Positions 49,942 to 62,140 of a DNA stretch of 64,000 bases are shown one piece after another. The stretch comes from Macrostomum hystrix (lineage: Eukaryota; Animalia; Platyhelminthes): NCBI GenBank assembly GCA_950097015.1, contig CATNEN010000025.1, positions 5,146,001 to 5,210,000 on the forward strand, read 5' to 3'. The position numbers and the translations under genes were made by a program. The notes below the pieces were generated by a model. The model was given only the letters and a program-made list of their open reading frames with translations. It was not told where the DNA came from and did not search any database. Within the stretch, counting starts at the first letter, position 1. Every line of letters starts with the position of its first letter.

Positions 49942-51619
49942 CTCGACAGTCTGAATGGCTGGCGACTTGATTATTGTTTCAGAAGATGCGCAGCAAAAAG
50001 TTGGGCAGTGTTCTGAGCTTCCTGTGCTTGCATTGCTCCGTTCGGGTACAGCACAAATATTTGTCAGGTGGTTGGGGATTACCCCTTGGTACGAACACGG
50101 GCAGCAAAATGGCTTGGTAGTCCAACTGTTAAGTATAAAATATTTTTTTCACAGCTAGAAAATTTTTTACCATCCACCAGGAGCCCCATGAACAGAAAGT
50201 TGACATTCAAAGTCAGCACTCTGGAGGACTGTCTTAACGAGTTCGTGCTGCGAAGATTCACCGAAACCTGTCGCTGCCTTCCGACTTTTCTTCCGATCCC
50301 GGAGCAGCTGTTCCTTGCGTATCCCATCTGCTTCAACTCCACCGACGCCGATTACTTGTACGCCACTGACCGTTGCTACCTTAATCAGATTGAGCAAGTT
50401 AAAGCTTACCGTATCCAAGCGAGAGAGCACTGCAAAGCTCCATGTGAGACTCGAACTTACACAATCAGCCACACGACCTTTCCCTGGCCGAATCTCCGCA
50501 GTGAGTCCGCCGAAATATTTCTGTACAATTTAGCCAAGGCATTCGGCTACCCCAGTAAAGTTCAATCGCTCCGAGGATCAGGTGTTATATACTCGGCCTA
50601 CCTCATGCAAAGAAACCTTTTTTTGGACCCGGAAGCGAGCATTACGTCCTACGATTACCAGCTACTCACCCTGCAGGACCAGCTTGCGAGGGTGTCTGTC
50701 TCCGCTGCTCAGATGTTCGGCGAAGAGGTTGCTGAAGAAGAAGCCTACCCCGTCAAGAATCTCTTGGCTGACATGGGCGGTCAGTCCACCTTTAATTTAT
50801 TACCTATCATTGCCTAATATTATTTATGTACACAGCTAGGATTGATTGTTTGATGCGTTCTAAGTTATTTTTCCGATTTTATTTATGCCTATCGCTCTCA
50901 CCATTACAGGAATTATGGGTCTTTGGTGCGGCGTCTCAATCTTGACTGTGTGCGAGCTGCTGGAGCTGGTGCTGTTTGTGATCCTGAAGCTGATGCACTT
51001 CTTTCGCATTAGAAAGCAAACTTTAGGCGCCAATAAGGGCACTCGAAATGTTTATGTGATTTCCGAGAATGCTTCCACAGTCGTTGTGGAGAACAGCCTT
51101 GCTGTCGCGAATAACGGAGCTCCTGAAAGCGAGACAGAGGCTGTGTACGACATTCCTGGGTGTCATTCGGTATCGTCGGAGGGCGTCAACGAGGGTCCGA
51201 TTGAAGTCAGCAGCTTTTGACTTATTCTGCTAAATCTTATGCTCCAAATGGTGATAGCTGCTTATCTGTGACTGCTGTTTTTGGATCATTTCCAACTGCG
51301 CCTATCAGCTATCGAATTGTTGATAGATACTCGTATGTTATGTGGCTATGCATGCCAAGTAATAGTACAGTAATCTAGAGTTCGGCTGTACATACACCAT
51401 ATATATTAATTATCCAAACATTTATCTTCTCTTTATTTTGGGCCCTCAGCTAATTTTTAGATGTGAATTTTTTCAGCTTTAATTTAAACAAAAATAGATT
51501 CAACAGAAAATGTAGCATAAGTGCATAATAAAAATGTAACAAAAACAGGAAGATAAATAATTTTTTTATTGCCTTTTCAATGACAATTAGTTGCGTTTCT
51601 TTTTCAAATTCAATTACTA

Positions 51620-51920
51620 GGTTGTAGCCTTGTGGTTAGAGCGTGGGACTCACGACTTTAAGGTCGGGGGTTCGATTCCAGACTCCACTGGAACAATTTG
51701 TGACGGAGATTTTAAATCTCCGTGCTTCAGTTCACCCAGCTGTTAATTGGGTACCAGCATAAGCTGGGGCAATTGGGGGTGGGTGTGGCGTCCCCCCAGT
51801 CCATGGACTGAACTGGCGTACGCAGCCTTCAGATGCGGTGCACAATAGCTGCGGCTGTGCTGTTGGCTGCACATCAGGCCCATTGGGGCAGGTGTAATCA
51901 ATTATTATTAATTAAATTAT
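51620..51920 (+). mobile_element. SINE family A copy (near full length)
   Basis: A box, B box, family 3' half, (ATT)n tail. Confidence 0.85.
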
Positions 51921-53097
51921 GATTTTTTGTAAAAAACTAAGTCGAATGTCGGAATTAAGGTTAGTCCGAGCTTTATTGAAAACTTATTTCAAATGGATTC
52001 GTAACGCCATTGTCATGAGACTGGCTAGACTTTTTTGCCATAACTATCATTAAAAAAATGCTCAAAATTCAAACTTTTTTCTATCGTTTAAAAGTCGTGG
52101 TTTCGGCAGTCAGTGTCGCTTTTCACATTTTACTTTTTTCTTTGTCTTAATTTTAACCGTGCAATTCGTATGCGCTAATAGATTCTTGCTATACTTGCGA
52201 AATTGTCAGCGATAAACGTAATTATCGGCATACATAGTCATATGAACAATGATGGATGGTGAAGGCCTTTTAACAGTTTATTATCTATTGAAATAAACTA
52301 TCGAGCCTATTGAAATCTGACAAACTGAGATTGATCAGCTAGCTCCAGAATAATTAGCAAGAGTGAATACATACGAGACATACACATACACATACATTCT
52401 CGTAGAAGTAAGTGTATTATAGTCCAGACGACTGTGAAGAACTCACATTTGCTTGCCAGTCACTCATCTGCATGCGCTGTTGGTTAATCATATTTGCTTT
52501 CTCATCGAACTTAACAGTAAAGAAAGTGTTGATTTGGCAAAGGAAAACAGAAGTATATTTGGTAAACGAAGCGTTCTAAAACCGCAATAGAATCGTGCCA
52601 TTTTCAGATTTTTTATTTGAATTTTGACAGCTAATTTCTTTTATCGGATCTGAGGAAGCTGAGAAGCATAACCAAGCAGCAACTGGATGGCCAGGTAACA
52701 TATTGTTTCCCAATTCCTGTTGGCTCGCTGCCATTGGCATAAATGCTTTGGCTGCTACTGGCAACCGGTTTCAAATATACCCTTCCAGCCCACCCAACCC
52801 CAAAGCATTCTTTAAGGCAGCATTTTAGCTCCGGCCAGAAGAACTGACGTTTCTTTGTGCATAGAAATAACTCGCGTTTGTCATGCTGAGTAGAGAAACA
52901 CCTGAGCAGCGCTGGGCGGCAGAAGTTGCTCCAAGGCGTCCAAACCAACAACTTGCGCCACAGAAGGTAGGCGAAGGCTCAGATAAACACATTTAGTTAA
53001 TTACTAGCAAGTTTTACCCCCCTTCGGAGAGCAGAAATATTTTTAATTCGTCCAGTATATACTTTTTAGCAGCTGTATTTTCAGCTTTTTTTACGCT

Positions 53098-53463
53098 ACA
53101 ATGATCCCCCAGTTGACAATGATCCCCAGTTGACAATGATCCCCCGTTGAAAATTATCCCCCAGTTGACAATGATCCCCAGTTGACAATGATCCCCAGTT
53201 GACAATGATCCCCCGTTGACAATTATCCCCCAGTTGACAATGATCCCCCATTTGATGATGACTCCCCATTGATGATGATCCCCAGTTGATGATGATCCCC
53301 CAGTTGACAATGATCCCCCAGTTGACAATGATCTTCCAGTTGACAATGATTCCCCAGTTGACCATGATCCCCCCAGTTGATGATGACTTCCAATTGATGA
53401 TGATCCCAGTTGACAATGATCCCCCAGTTGATGATGATCACCCAGTTGACAATGATCACCCAG
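53098..53463. repeat. ~18-19-bp minisatellite (CCCAGTTGACAATGATCC)
   Basis: About 19 degenerate tandem copies. Confidence 0.93.
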
Positions 53464-53805
53464 TCCGCAGGATTCGATAGCAACTGCTTGAAGCATCTGG
53501 AAGCCGTCCACCGCTCAGCATTGCTGTGATATAGTGGGTTATGCAAAACAAAGGAAATTCATATCTGCCATCAGTTCTTCACTCTTAAACCAGCAGTAGT
53601 TATAACAATATGGTAAGAACGATGGCCATAACAGTAAATCAACAACAAAATTTCCATGCCTGGACTTTTAATGCTGGCGCAATGTTTGGCAGTGATACCC
53701 ATTCCTCTGATCCTAAAAAATCACACGCATATACACGCCTCATACGTCAGTCTGGGGTGGCGCTATGAGTCGAATCTTTCTTCTCTTCAGACACCGACGG
53801 ATCGG

Positions 53806-56800
53806 ATGGAGACAAATGACGAAATGTACAATGAGCCGATGCAAAATCCTACACCTAGCGGCGACGGTGACCGTAGCGGCGTTGGAAAGGCTGGGGAGTT
53901 CAGCCTCTCGGGCTCCTTCTGGGACTTCTGCGGCTATACTACTGCGCACGGCTTGGGCAGACTCGAGGCCCAGAGCAGGGCTTTTGGTCGCACCGTCTGG
54001 ATAGCATTTCTTCTGGTGACTTACGGCGGATTCAGCTATCACCTTTATACCTTAATTGATAGGTAAGTTTCTCGAATATTAAATTTGAAGAATCCATTTC
54101 TTGACTTACTTGACTTAGCTGCAGGGTTGTCTTGGACACAGCGGGGAGGCGAGGATCGCCCATACCGACCTTGGGTCTTAGAGGGCGACAGAAGGCAGCG
54201 CCAGATCCGCAGTCCACCTGCATACCCTGTTAAGGTCAAATGGTGTCACCTTTCCCCCCAGCCGTAGCCAGAGGTACCTGATCACGCGCAGGTGCACGAC
54301 GCTCCGGACTGGCCGCATGCCCTGTTGAGGTCGAAGGGTGACACCTTTCCCTCAGAGCCGTAGCCAGAGGTACCTGATCACGCACAGGAGCACGAAAGAA
54401 TCCATTTGAGTTTAATATATCATCCTCATTGCAAGGTTACTACTGCTTCTGCTTCTGCTTCTGAAAAGTTTGCAGAATATAACAAACACTCAACAGTTTC
54501 TAAGAATTGCTAAGTATTGCCTAACAGCATTCTGCCCATCAAATTTCAAGTAGCCCGAAAGGATACAGTGATTTTCCACGCTAAATCTCACAAATACGAG
54601 CTAGCCAACGAAAGTCATTCACGATTTTAAAAGGGTGAATGAATATGACTGTCATGTCAAAGATTTCAGTTTAGGACTTTAACTCTTAGACAAAGCCTCC
54701 ATTTTCTAGCTCTTTCCCGCTATTACGAGTATGTCCCATAGTCTGTCACACAGAAACCATATCACTTTTGAGGAAATAGAAATATACTCATTTTCTCACG
54801 CACTAGAACCAATAAAATTTACTGATCGCGTTGCCGCCATTTTCGAACTCAGGTACACGAGCACACCTCTGCTGACGAGTCTGACAACCACTCTGCCCTA
54901 CGAGTTCCCCGATGTGTATATCTGTCCTGCCAATCTAATGTCGATGAGCAAACTTTACAACCGTTTCAACGCGACAACAGATAAGCCACGACTTCGTGGA
55001 TTAAAGAAGGACTGCAACCTGACCTGCCAGATCGCCCTAACTAAATTCGATATTAACAGACGCACCGATAATTTGGACTTTAGCACTCCTGCCTGGGCAC
55101 TTGAGGACGCCGTAAATGCAGCAGAGCAATCAATTATCGCTTGGTTTCAACGGAACACGTATGGTGCGCATCAGACTCGGGATTTTATAATTTTGTTTTA
55201 TAGGCCTTGAATAAACGTGTCTCTCTTGATTTGCGACAGAAGTATCCAGTAAAGAGTGCGAATCCGTACAGTCGTGATGTCATGATTTAATGACGCATTT
55301 TTTCACAGAAAAGCTTTATCACTTACGGTTAACGATCGCTTTCAAACATTTCTCAGGCCAGTTCAATACCTGCCGATTCACTCTGACTGGCAGAGAGTAC
55401 ACTGGCAACAAGAGCACTGTGCCAGTGTACACAGAGAGCGCACAGGTGCAGCTGCAAGCCAGCAACAGTGGCAGCAGCGTTCCTGCTGCGCAGCCGTACG
55501 CAAGGGAGGCGCCATGCATGGCGTGGAAACAAGCGGCCAGGCTGCTGATGGAGAAAGAGTTGACCTCACTGGCCAATCAGATTCTGAATTTGAACTTCTC
55601 TGAGGGGGACGCCAGGTGCCGCCAGACGGCTGGACTTGCGTTTCGGAAAATTCTAGAAAATAACGACGGTAATAGCTGAGCCATTGTACTTGCTTTTGCT
55701 TCATGTAATAATTCATTACACCTGCCCCAATCAGGCCAGATATGCTGCCGACAGCGCAGCCGCAGCTATTGCGCCGCGCATCTGAAGGCTGCGTACGGCT
55801 GTTCAGTCCATGGACTGGGGGGGGCGCCACACCCACACCACCCCAATTACCCCAATTGAGTCTGGTTCCCAATTAATGGCTGGGCGAACTGCAGTAATTT
55901 AGAGTAAACTTTTTTCTTCAAGGCCACAAATTGTTCTAGTGGAGTCGGGAATCGAACCCCCGACCTTCAAGTCGTGAGTCCGATGCTCTAAACACTAGGC
56001 TGCAACCCCACCCCCTAATGAAATCTTAGTGACTTAGTGACAAAAAACGGCTACTACTAGTTGGCTTCCAAACATTTTATTTGAATTTTCAATCATAGTT
56101 TTAGTATGTGCACCTGGTACAATTTTGGTAGGGACTTTCAGTGATTATCCAGGTTTTCTGCTTCCGTGGAAAATCAGAGCGGCCTAACTGCCTGTCACAT
56201 AGCTTTTAAGTGAATGGCCCTGATATTTACGTTCATCGTGAATGTAGTGTATTCAGGCAATTTTTCAATGATTTGCTCAATGAATCACATGTCCGCATTT
56301 AACAGTTAACACAGCTATTTGAAGACGGTTAAAGCAAGTCAAGCAAAGCTGAACAAATATTTCACTAGCCTTGCAAGAAAACTTAAACTTTCATACGACG
56401 ACTTCCTTTTTTCATGCCATTCTCCCGATGAGTGCGCAATACGGAGCGTTTAAAGCTCTTAGAATTACACAAGTGATTAGCAAAGTGATTTTTTAAGCTG
56501 CAGTTCAATCTTTAGGAACGTACTGACGAGCTATATAGAAAAAAACGGACAAAACAAAAAAATCACAATGATCCTACAATTTTACCCGCTCTTTGAAAAC
56601 TCGTCATGAAACAAACTCTTATGAAACATTTAGATCTCCAAGTTGTTGTTCCACTAAAGTCCGACATTGGCTGCTACTTTGAGAACCAGAGCGACAGTCA
56701 CTACTCATTCAAGTGCTTCGCTTTGACCGTGATGACCCTGACTGTTGACACGTGCGCTGAGTGCTGCTACAATCGCAACTTCACCCACATCGCCGTCAGG

Positions 56801-59800
56801 AACTCCTCCTGCTACTGCGGCGGATCTCCTAGAGCCTCCCAAGTACTGGATAGCGACGACTGCGACTGGCCCTGCCCGGGGGACGTGAACCAGTTGTGCG
56901 GCGGAGACGACTCTGCTGTCAGTGTTTATAAAATCAGAGACGTTGGTGAGCTATGACTGCGTATTTGATCCACTTTGTTTTCCTATTCAATGGAGTACAG
57001 AATCCCCAGTGAAATCAACGGCAGCCATTCAGCTGTAACTTTTGCCCCACCCTAAGCAAACTTGGACGAAAAAAAAATATATGTGCCCTACGGGAGCAAC
57101 CTGACTCGTTTCCTGGAAGGACCGATCTGCTTCTACGATGACCCGGCACATGGACTCGCAGTTTCACCTTGCAACATTCCATTTTGTCGTGAGTAGCTGG
57201 ATTATTTGATTGTTGAAAATCAGTTTTTACTTATGCGAGTACCAGCTCGTGTTTCTACCTCACATATATCTGGGGGATTGGGCAGATAGTGGGTCAGATG
57301 TGCAGCCGACAGCACAGCCGCAGCTATTGCGCGGCGTATCTGAAGGCTGCGTAATGCTGTTCAGTCCATGGACTAGGTGGACGCCAACACCCACCCTCAA
57401 TTACCCCAGCCAATGCTACGTTGATCCGTTTAACAGCTAGGTGAACTGAAGCAATGTAGAGTGAATTGTTTTGCTAAAGGACACAAATTATCCCAGTGGA
57501 GTTGGGAATCGAACCCCCCGTCGTGAGTCGACGCTTTAACCACTAGGGCTAGGCTACAACCCTCTTATTAAGCATTAATGTAGAAAAGTAATAATACTCG
57601 TATAAAGTCACTTCGAAAATTCCTGATACAATATGCATTATACTACGAGTTGGCAATAGTTTCTATGCCCTTGTCTGCAGCCGCACCTCAGGAGTACGAT
57701 TGCACGGTCAGTGGCGCGAGTGACGAGGACGAAATGCTCGAGCCGGCCCGCTACAGCGGTCGGCTGAATGTCACCGCGTCAGGTAGGCGGTGCCTGGTCT
57801 GGTCAGACGTCAAACGTCGCGTGGAGAACGGCTCGTTGAGACTGCCGGAGATCCTGCACGACTGGGATTCGACATTTGCCAGTTTGTCCGCTCTTTATAT
57901 TTGTTGTTTATATCTGCTTGCTATCACTCATATCATGAGCCAGAGCCAAAGATGGTTATAAAAGTCATGATTGTGTCCGTAAAAACGTTTCGGTTCCATC
58001 CGTCTGTCTATGCCCCATAAGCTTCCTCACTCTCGATAGCGAAACATTTCCTGCAAAAAATAATAATATATATTTGGTTACGCCTGCCCTGATTAGGCCA
58101 GATGTGCAGCCGCAGCTATTGCACGGCGCATCTGAAAGTTGCGTACAGCTATTCAGTCCATGGACTAGTGGGACGCCACACCCACCCTCTATTACCCCCA
58201 ACTAATGCTGGTACCCATTTAACAGCTGGGTGAACTGAAGCATTGCACAGTTTTAGTTTCTTGCAAAAGACCACAAATTGTTCTAGTCGAGTCGGGAATC
58301 GAACCCCCAGCCTTCAAGTCGTGAGTCCGACGCTCTAAGAGCTAGTCTACAACCACTAGGGAACAGTGAACTGTTCGTTATTAACTGTCAGCAGAAAGCA
58401 GACAGAAGTTCTTGTCTCACGTGAGTACATAGGCATTTTAAAGCTAAGCGCAGGAATGTTATATTCTGGTTTGGTGATAACGACTGTTATATCCGCTAAT
58501 GCCTGGAGCAATATTAACACAGCTCCTAAAAAGAGAATTCGCACTGTGTACATAAATTTCTTTGACGAAAATTCTGCTTGTTCTAATTTGTGTTCTCATT
58601 GGTCTTCGTATGCAGATTATTTCGCCATATTTGCTAGCTACTGATACTAAAGTAATTCTCTTATTTATCTTTCATTTGAAAGCAACAATGAAGACTCAGA
58701 ATCCTGGGATGCCTCTAAGTGGATGCATACCAAACATTATTTGTCACTAAACTATGCTTTCAGACAAAAGACATTCTCTGGCTTGGCTACACAACTCATT
58801 TCAGCCAAGACATTAGTGCAAATGATTCTGCAAACTCCGGACTACGAGCTGAGCAATGAGACCAATTATTGCCGATCTGTTCACGCTTTGTCTGACACCT
58901 GGTATCAGGTGACGCCTGGAAACAACGGATCAAACGCCTACATGTGAGTTAGCCTGGCTTGAGCATACCCATTCTCAGAACACGCTTGCCTACTTCCAAA
59001 TTAGAGCGTACAGTACTAAATTAGCATAAAATGTACTTCAATTCGGTAGCTTGCTGTGCGCTCTCCCCTTTCAGTCGAGACACGGTTGCCGAGTCCATAG
59101 TACCCGGCTGCTTCTACCTGAACGAGGCTGAGAATGTCATCCTCTTCGAAGCCTGCAGCGTGCAGCCCTGTTGTGAGTTTAAAGCTATTTCAAAAGACTT
59201 TCAGAAGGCATTTGCTGTATGCCGCATCCGCCACTGACGCCGCATCCGTGATGGTGGAGTTTGATCGGCTGATATAGAAAAATCCAGCAATTCGATACAA
59301 ATTTCAGACAAGGTCAGTCCGGCCGTGACGGGCTCGGTGAGGGCCCGAGTCGGCAGCGCGCCGCTGGCCCGACAGTTCAGCAACGAGCTGGGAGACGGTC
59401 TAATTCGGTGCGAGTTCAACAGACAGTCGTGCGGCCCTGCGAACTTCCAATCGGTACTGCAGCCGGAGCTGGGCGTCTGTCAAAGATTTATGAAAGAGCC
59501 GCTGCTGCGCGGCCTCAGCGCCAACGAAGTAGCCGAGGCTGTCCTTCAGGTGCAGCTGTTCAGCGACGCCACCGACTCGCGCGGAGCCGTGTTCCGCCAG
59601 TCCGATAAGCTCGCCAACGCCATCCTCAGCGGCGGCGGTAGCGGCAGCACCGCAATCAAGGTGCGCCTAGTAATTGCTCGGGCATTCGAATAAGTTAATT
59701 CGCTGGATGTGAAAACTAGGGTATTTTAAGTATTGCGTTTCGTTGACTTACTTGGCATAGCGGGGAGGTGGGGTCCCCCATTCCGCTATCTGATTTAGAC

Positions 59801-62140
59801 CCCAGACCTGTGATGGTGCAGGGCCGGTCTGGGTCATCCGCCGCTCCGTCCTGCAGCGTTGTCTTCCGTGGGACAAGAACATTCCCGTCTTCGTTCGTCT
59901 TGTCGCCCGGAGGAACTGGACGAGCCGTGGGAAGCTGTCGGGCTGGCAGACCTCGTTGATAGACGGGTTAGGCCCGAGGTTGTATTTAAATGCGAGGGCA
60001 GTGACAGACAAAGTGCTTAGCATCTTTGTAGTCATTCTCGCAGAAGGGGCAGAGCTTACTATTAAGGGCGCCCCGTATGAAGCAGTGGCTGGCCCTGGCC
60101 CTAGCGAGGGCGCGGAAATCCTCCCGTTTTGGGTTCAGAAGGATATTCCTGAGCCTGCAAGACGGGTGCGGAACTGTGGCAGGCCATTGTAGGCAGTTCT
60201 TGGTGCCCATTGCGTTTTGTGACTATAAGCCATGCTTACATTGTAATGCCTGTATAATGCCTTCTTCAATTGAACAAAAACTGAGAAGAAAGTAGGAGGA
60301 AACTAATAAAATAGCTATAATTTACAGATTAAAATATATAGACTGCTACTTATCTATCTTGGTTGGTCAAGGAGGTTGTAGCCTTGTGATTAGAGCGTTG
60401 GACTCACGACTTGAAGGTCGGGGGTTCGATTCCCGACTCCACTGGAGCAACTTGTGGCCTTTTGCAAGAAACATAACTCTGCATTGATTCTGTTTACCCT
60501 GATGTTAAATTGGTACCAGCATAAGCTGGGGCAATTGGGGGTGGGTGTGGCGTCCTTCCATTCCATGGACTGAACAGCCGTTCGAAGCCTTCAGATGCGC
60601 CGCGCAATAGCTGCGGCTGTGCTGTCGCCTGCACATCTGGCCCGATTTGGGCAGGTGCAATCAATTATTAGTATAATAATTATCTATTGTAATGATCTAT
60701 CTTGCAACACTCAGGTAATAGTAACTCCAGAGGGAACATACCCATGGGCAGCCAATGCTATCGACGCCATGCCAGCGCAGCACACGAAGCTGAGACTTCG
60801 CTATGACAGAACAGTCAGGTACTCCAAGCCACCAGCCTCTGAATGCAGTCGTGAAGCTCGGGCCGTAACATACTTTTTCGAATCGTGGACTCCCAAAGGC
60901 CTGGGTGATGATGAAATGTAAGTGGATTGGTTAATTAGGACCGATTGTGACAATGGGAAGCACAAACTGCTTTATTGCTTTATCCCTTTTTCCGTGCTCT
61001 TACACAGAACCTACATGGACACTCTGTTCATCGAACCAATAGACGCAGAAAATTGGACGAACAAAATCGATTTGGTGAGAGACCTGCTGGGAAACTATAG
61101 CAAAATCAGGTGAGATGCTTCACGGTCGACTCAAAATTTAATAGACCTAAAATTGAAACTTCAAGTCCGCTCTGTATATTTTTACTGCAACATTATGTAG
61201 AGGACCCGTCCAGCAGAAAATAACGTTCAAAACGAGCACTCTGGAAGACTGCCTCAACGAGTTTGTGCTGCACAGATTCGCCGAGAACTGCCGCTGCCTG
61301 CCGACATTCCTACCGATTCCCGAGCAGCTGTTCATGGCTCATCCCATCTGTTTTAATTCCACCGACATCGAGGACCTGTACAAAACTGACCAGTGCTACA
61401 TCAGGCAGCTGGGAATGCTGAAGAGTTACCGCAGCCAGGCTCGTATCAGCTGCAAGTCTCCGTGTGAGACTCGTGAGTTAAAAGTGAGTCAGGTTGAGTA
61501 CGCTTGGCCCAGCTTGCGTCGTGAGACGTCGCTGAGCTTCCTTGCCAGTCTGGCCAGTCGATACGGCTACCCGAACAGCGTGAGTCTGTTCCGCGGTCCC
61601 GTCAGCCTGTACTCCGCCTACCTGAGCGCACTGGTCCTGACGCGAACATCTGCCAGCACCACCAAGCTGACGGCCAACCTGACGAACTTTGATTACGAGC
61701 TGAGCATCCTTCGCGACCGGCTGGCCATGGTGTCGATTTCCGCATCGGAGCCGCTGGGCGAGGAGAAGATCGAGGACGAGGCCTACCCGGTGAAGAACCT
61801 TCTAGCCGACATGGGAGGTTGGCGGATAAAAATTGTACTTCATTTTCAGTCCTTAGCAGTCGCTATCATGCACATATGTCTCATTATTTATTGCCCAGTG
61901 GCATTCATTTAATAATGCTCAAATTCTATGTTACTGCTCATAAAACTCATCCAAGGCATCCTGGGTCTGTGGTGCGGTATTTCCATCCTAACAGTTTGCG
62001 AGCTTCTAGAACTGGGCTTGCGTATCGTTATCCGGACGCGACATCTTATCTCATTGGGCTGGATGCGTCGACACAGCGGTGCGCCTGGCAATGAGACGGT
62101 TTTAGTTCGCGAATTCAACTCATCAGCGAGCGGGCAGTGA
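53806..62140 (+). CDS. DEG/ENaC channel locus F, apparently intact, the most divergent paralogue
   Basis: Approximate exons: 53806-54062, 54852-55163, 55358-55668, 56634-56947 (WSC: IGCYF...CAECC...CYCG...CDWPCPG...CGG), 57057-57188, 57681-57881, 58805-58943, 59075-59172, 59309-59660, 60715-60917, 61009-61110, 61201-61818, 61956-62140. Intron phases are consistent and no stop was seen. TM2 reads LLADMGGILGLWCGIS. Confidence 0.83.
54100..54395 (-). mobile_element. Short bipartite non-autonomous derivative of the LINE family (5' UTR repeats fused to 3' tail)
   Basis: 12-bp TSD AAGAATCCATTT (54088-54099, 54396-54407). Contains about two copies of the 96-bp 5' UTR unit seen at 4011-4200. Ends in ...GCTAAGTCAAGTAAGTCAAG like the full-length element. 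Confidence 0.85.
55706..56008 (-). mobile_element. SINE family A copy
   Basis: Reverse complement of the family consensus from A box to tail. Confidence 0.85.
57270..57561 (-). mobile_element. SINE family A copy
   Basis: Reverse complement of the family consensus. Confidence 0.82.
58060..58354 (-). mobile_element. SINE family A copy
   Basis: Reverse complement of the family consensus. Confidence 0.82.
59743..60208 (-). mobile_element. 5'-truncated LINE related to the 3960-9792 element
   Basis: Minus-strand remnant LRNILL...CPFC....KHFVCHCPRI matches the ORF2 C-terminus. 3' end CCGCTATGCCAAGTAAGTCAA. 11-bp TSD ATTGCGTTT(C/T)G at 59732-59742 and 60209-60219. Confidence 0.85.
60371..60682 (+). 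mobile_element. SINE family A copy
   Basis: A box, B box, body, AT-rich tail. Confidence 0.85.

Larger units (their letters stand above)
44759..51220 (+). pseudogene. DEG/ENaC locus E, full exon set but -1 frameshift in exon 5
   Basis: Approximate exons: 44759-44994, 45103-45401, 45629-45925, 46141-46440 (WSC), 46644-46765, ~46850-47048, ~47541-47682, 47851-47948, 48257-48621, 48697-48899, 48989-49090, 50181-50779, 50910-51220. Exon 5 is 122 nt versus 123 nt in A and C. Could be an assembly error rather than a true lesion. Confidence 0.7.

Noticed and set aside
51620-51690. tRNA-like sequences with A and B boxes
   Set aside because: They lack a proper acceptor stem and continue into a shared SINE body, so they are not called tRNA genes.
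53014-53546. Several repetitive ORFs (GDHCQL, WGIIVN)
   Set aside because: Products of a minisatellite open in multiple frames.
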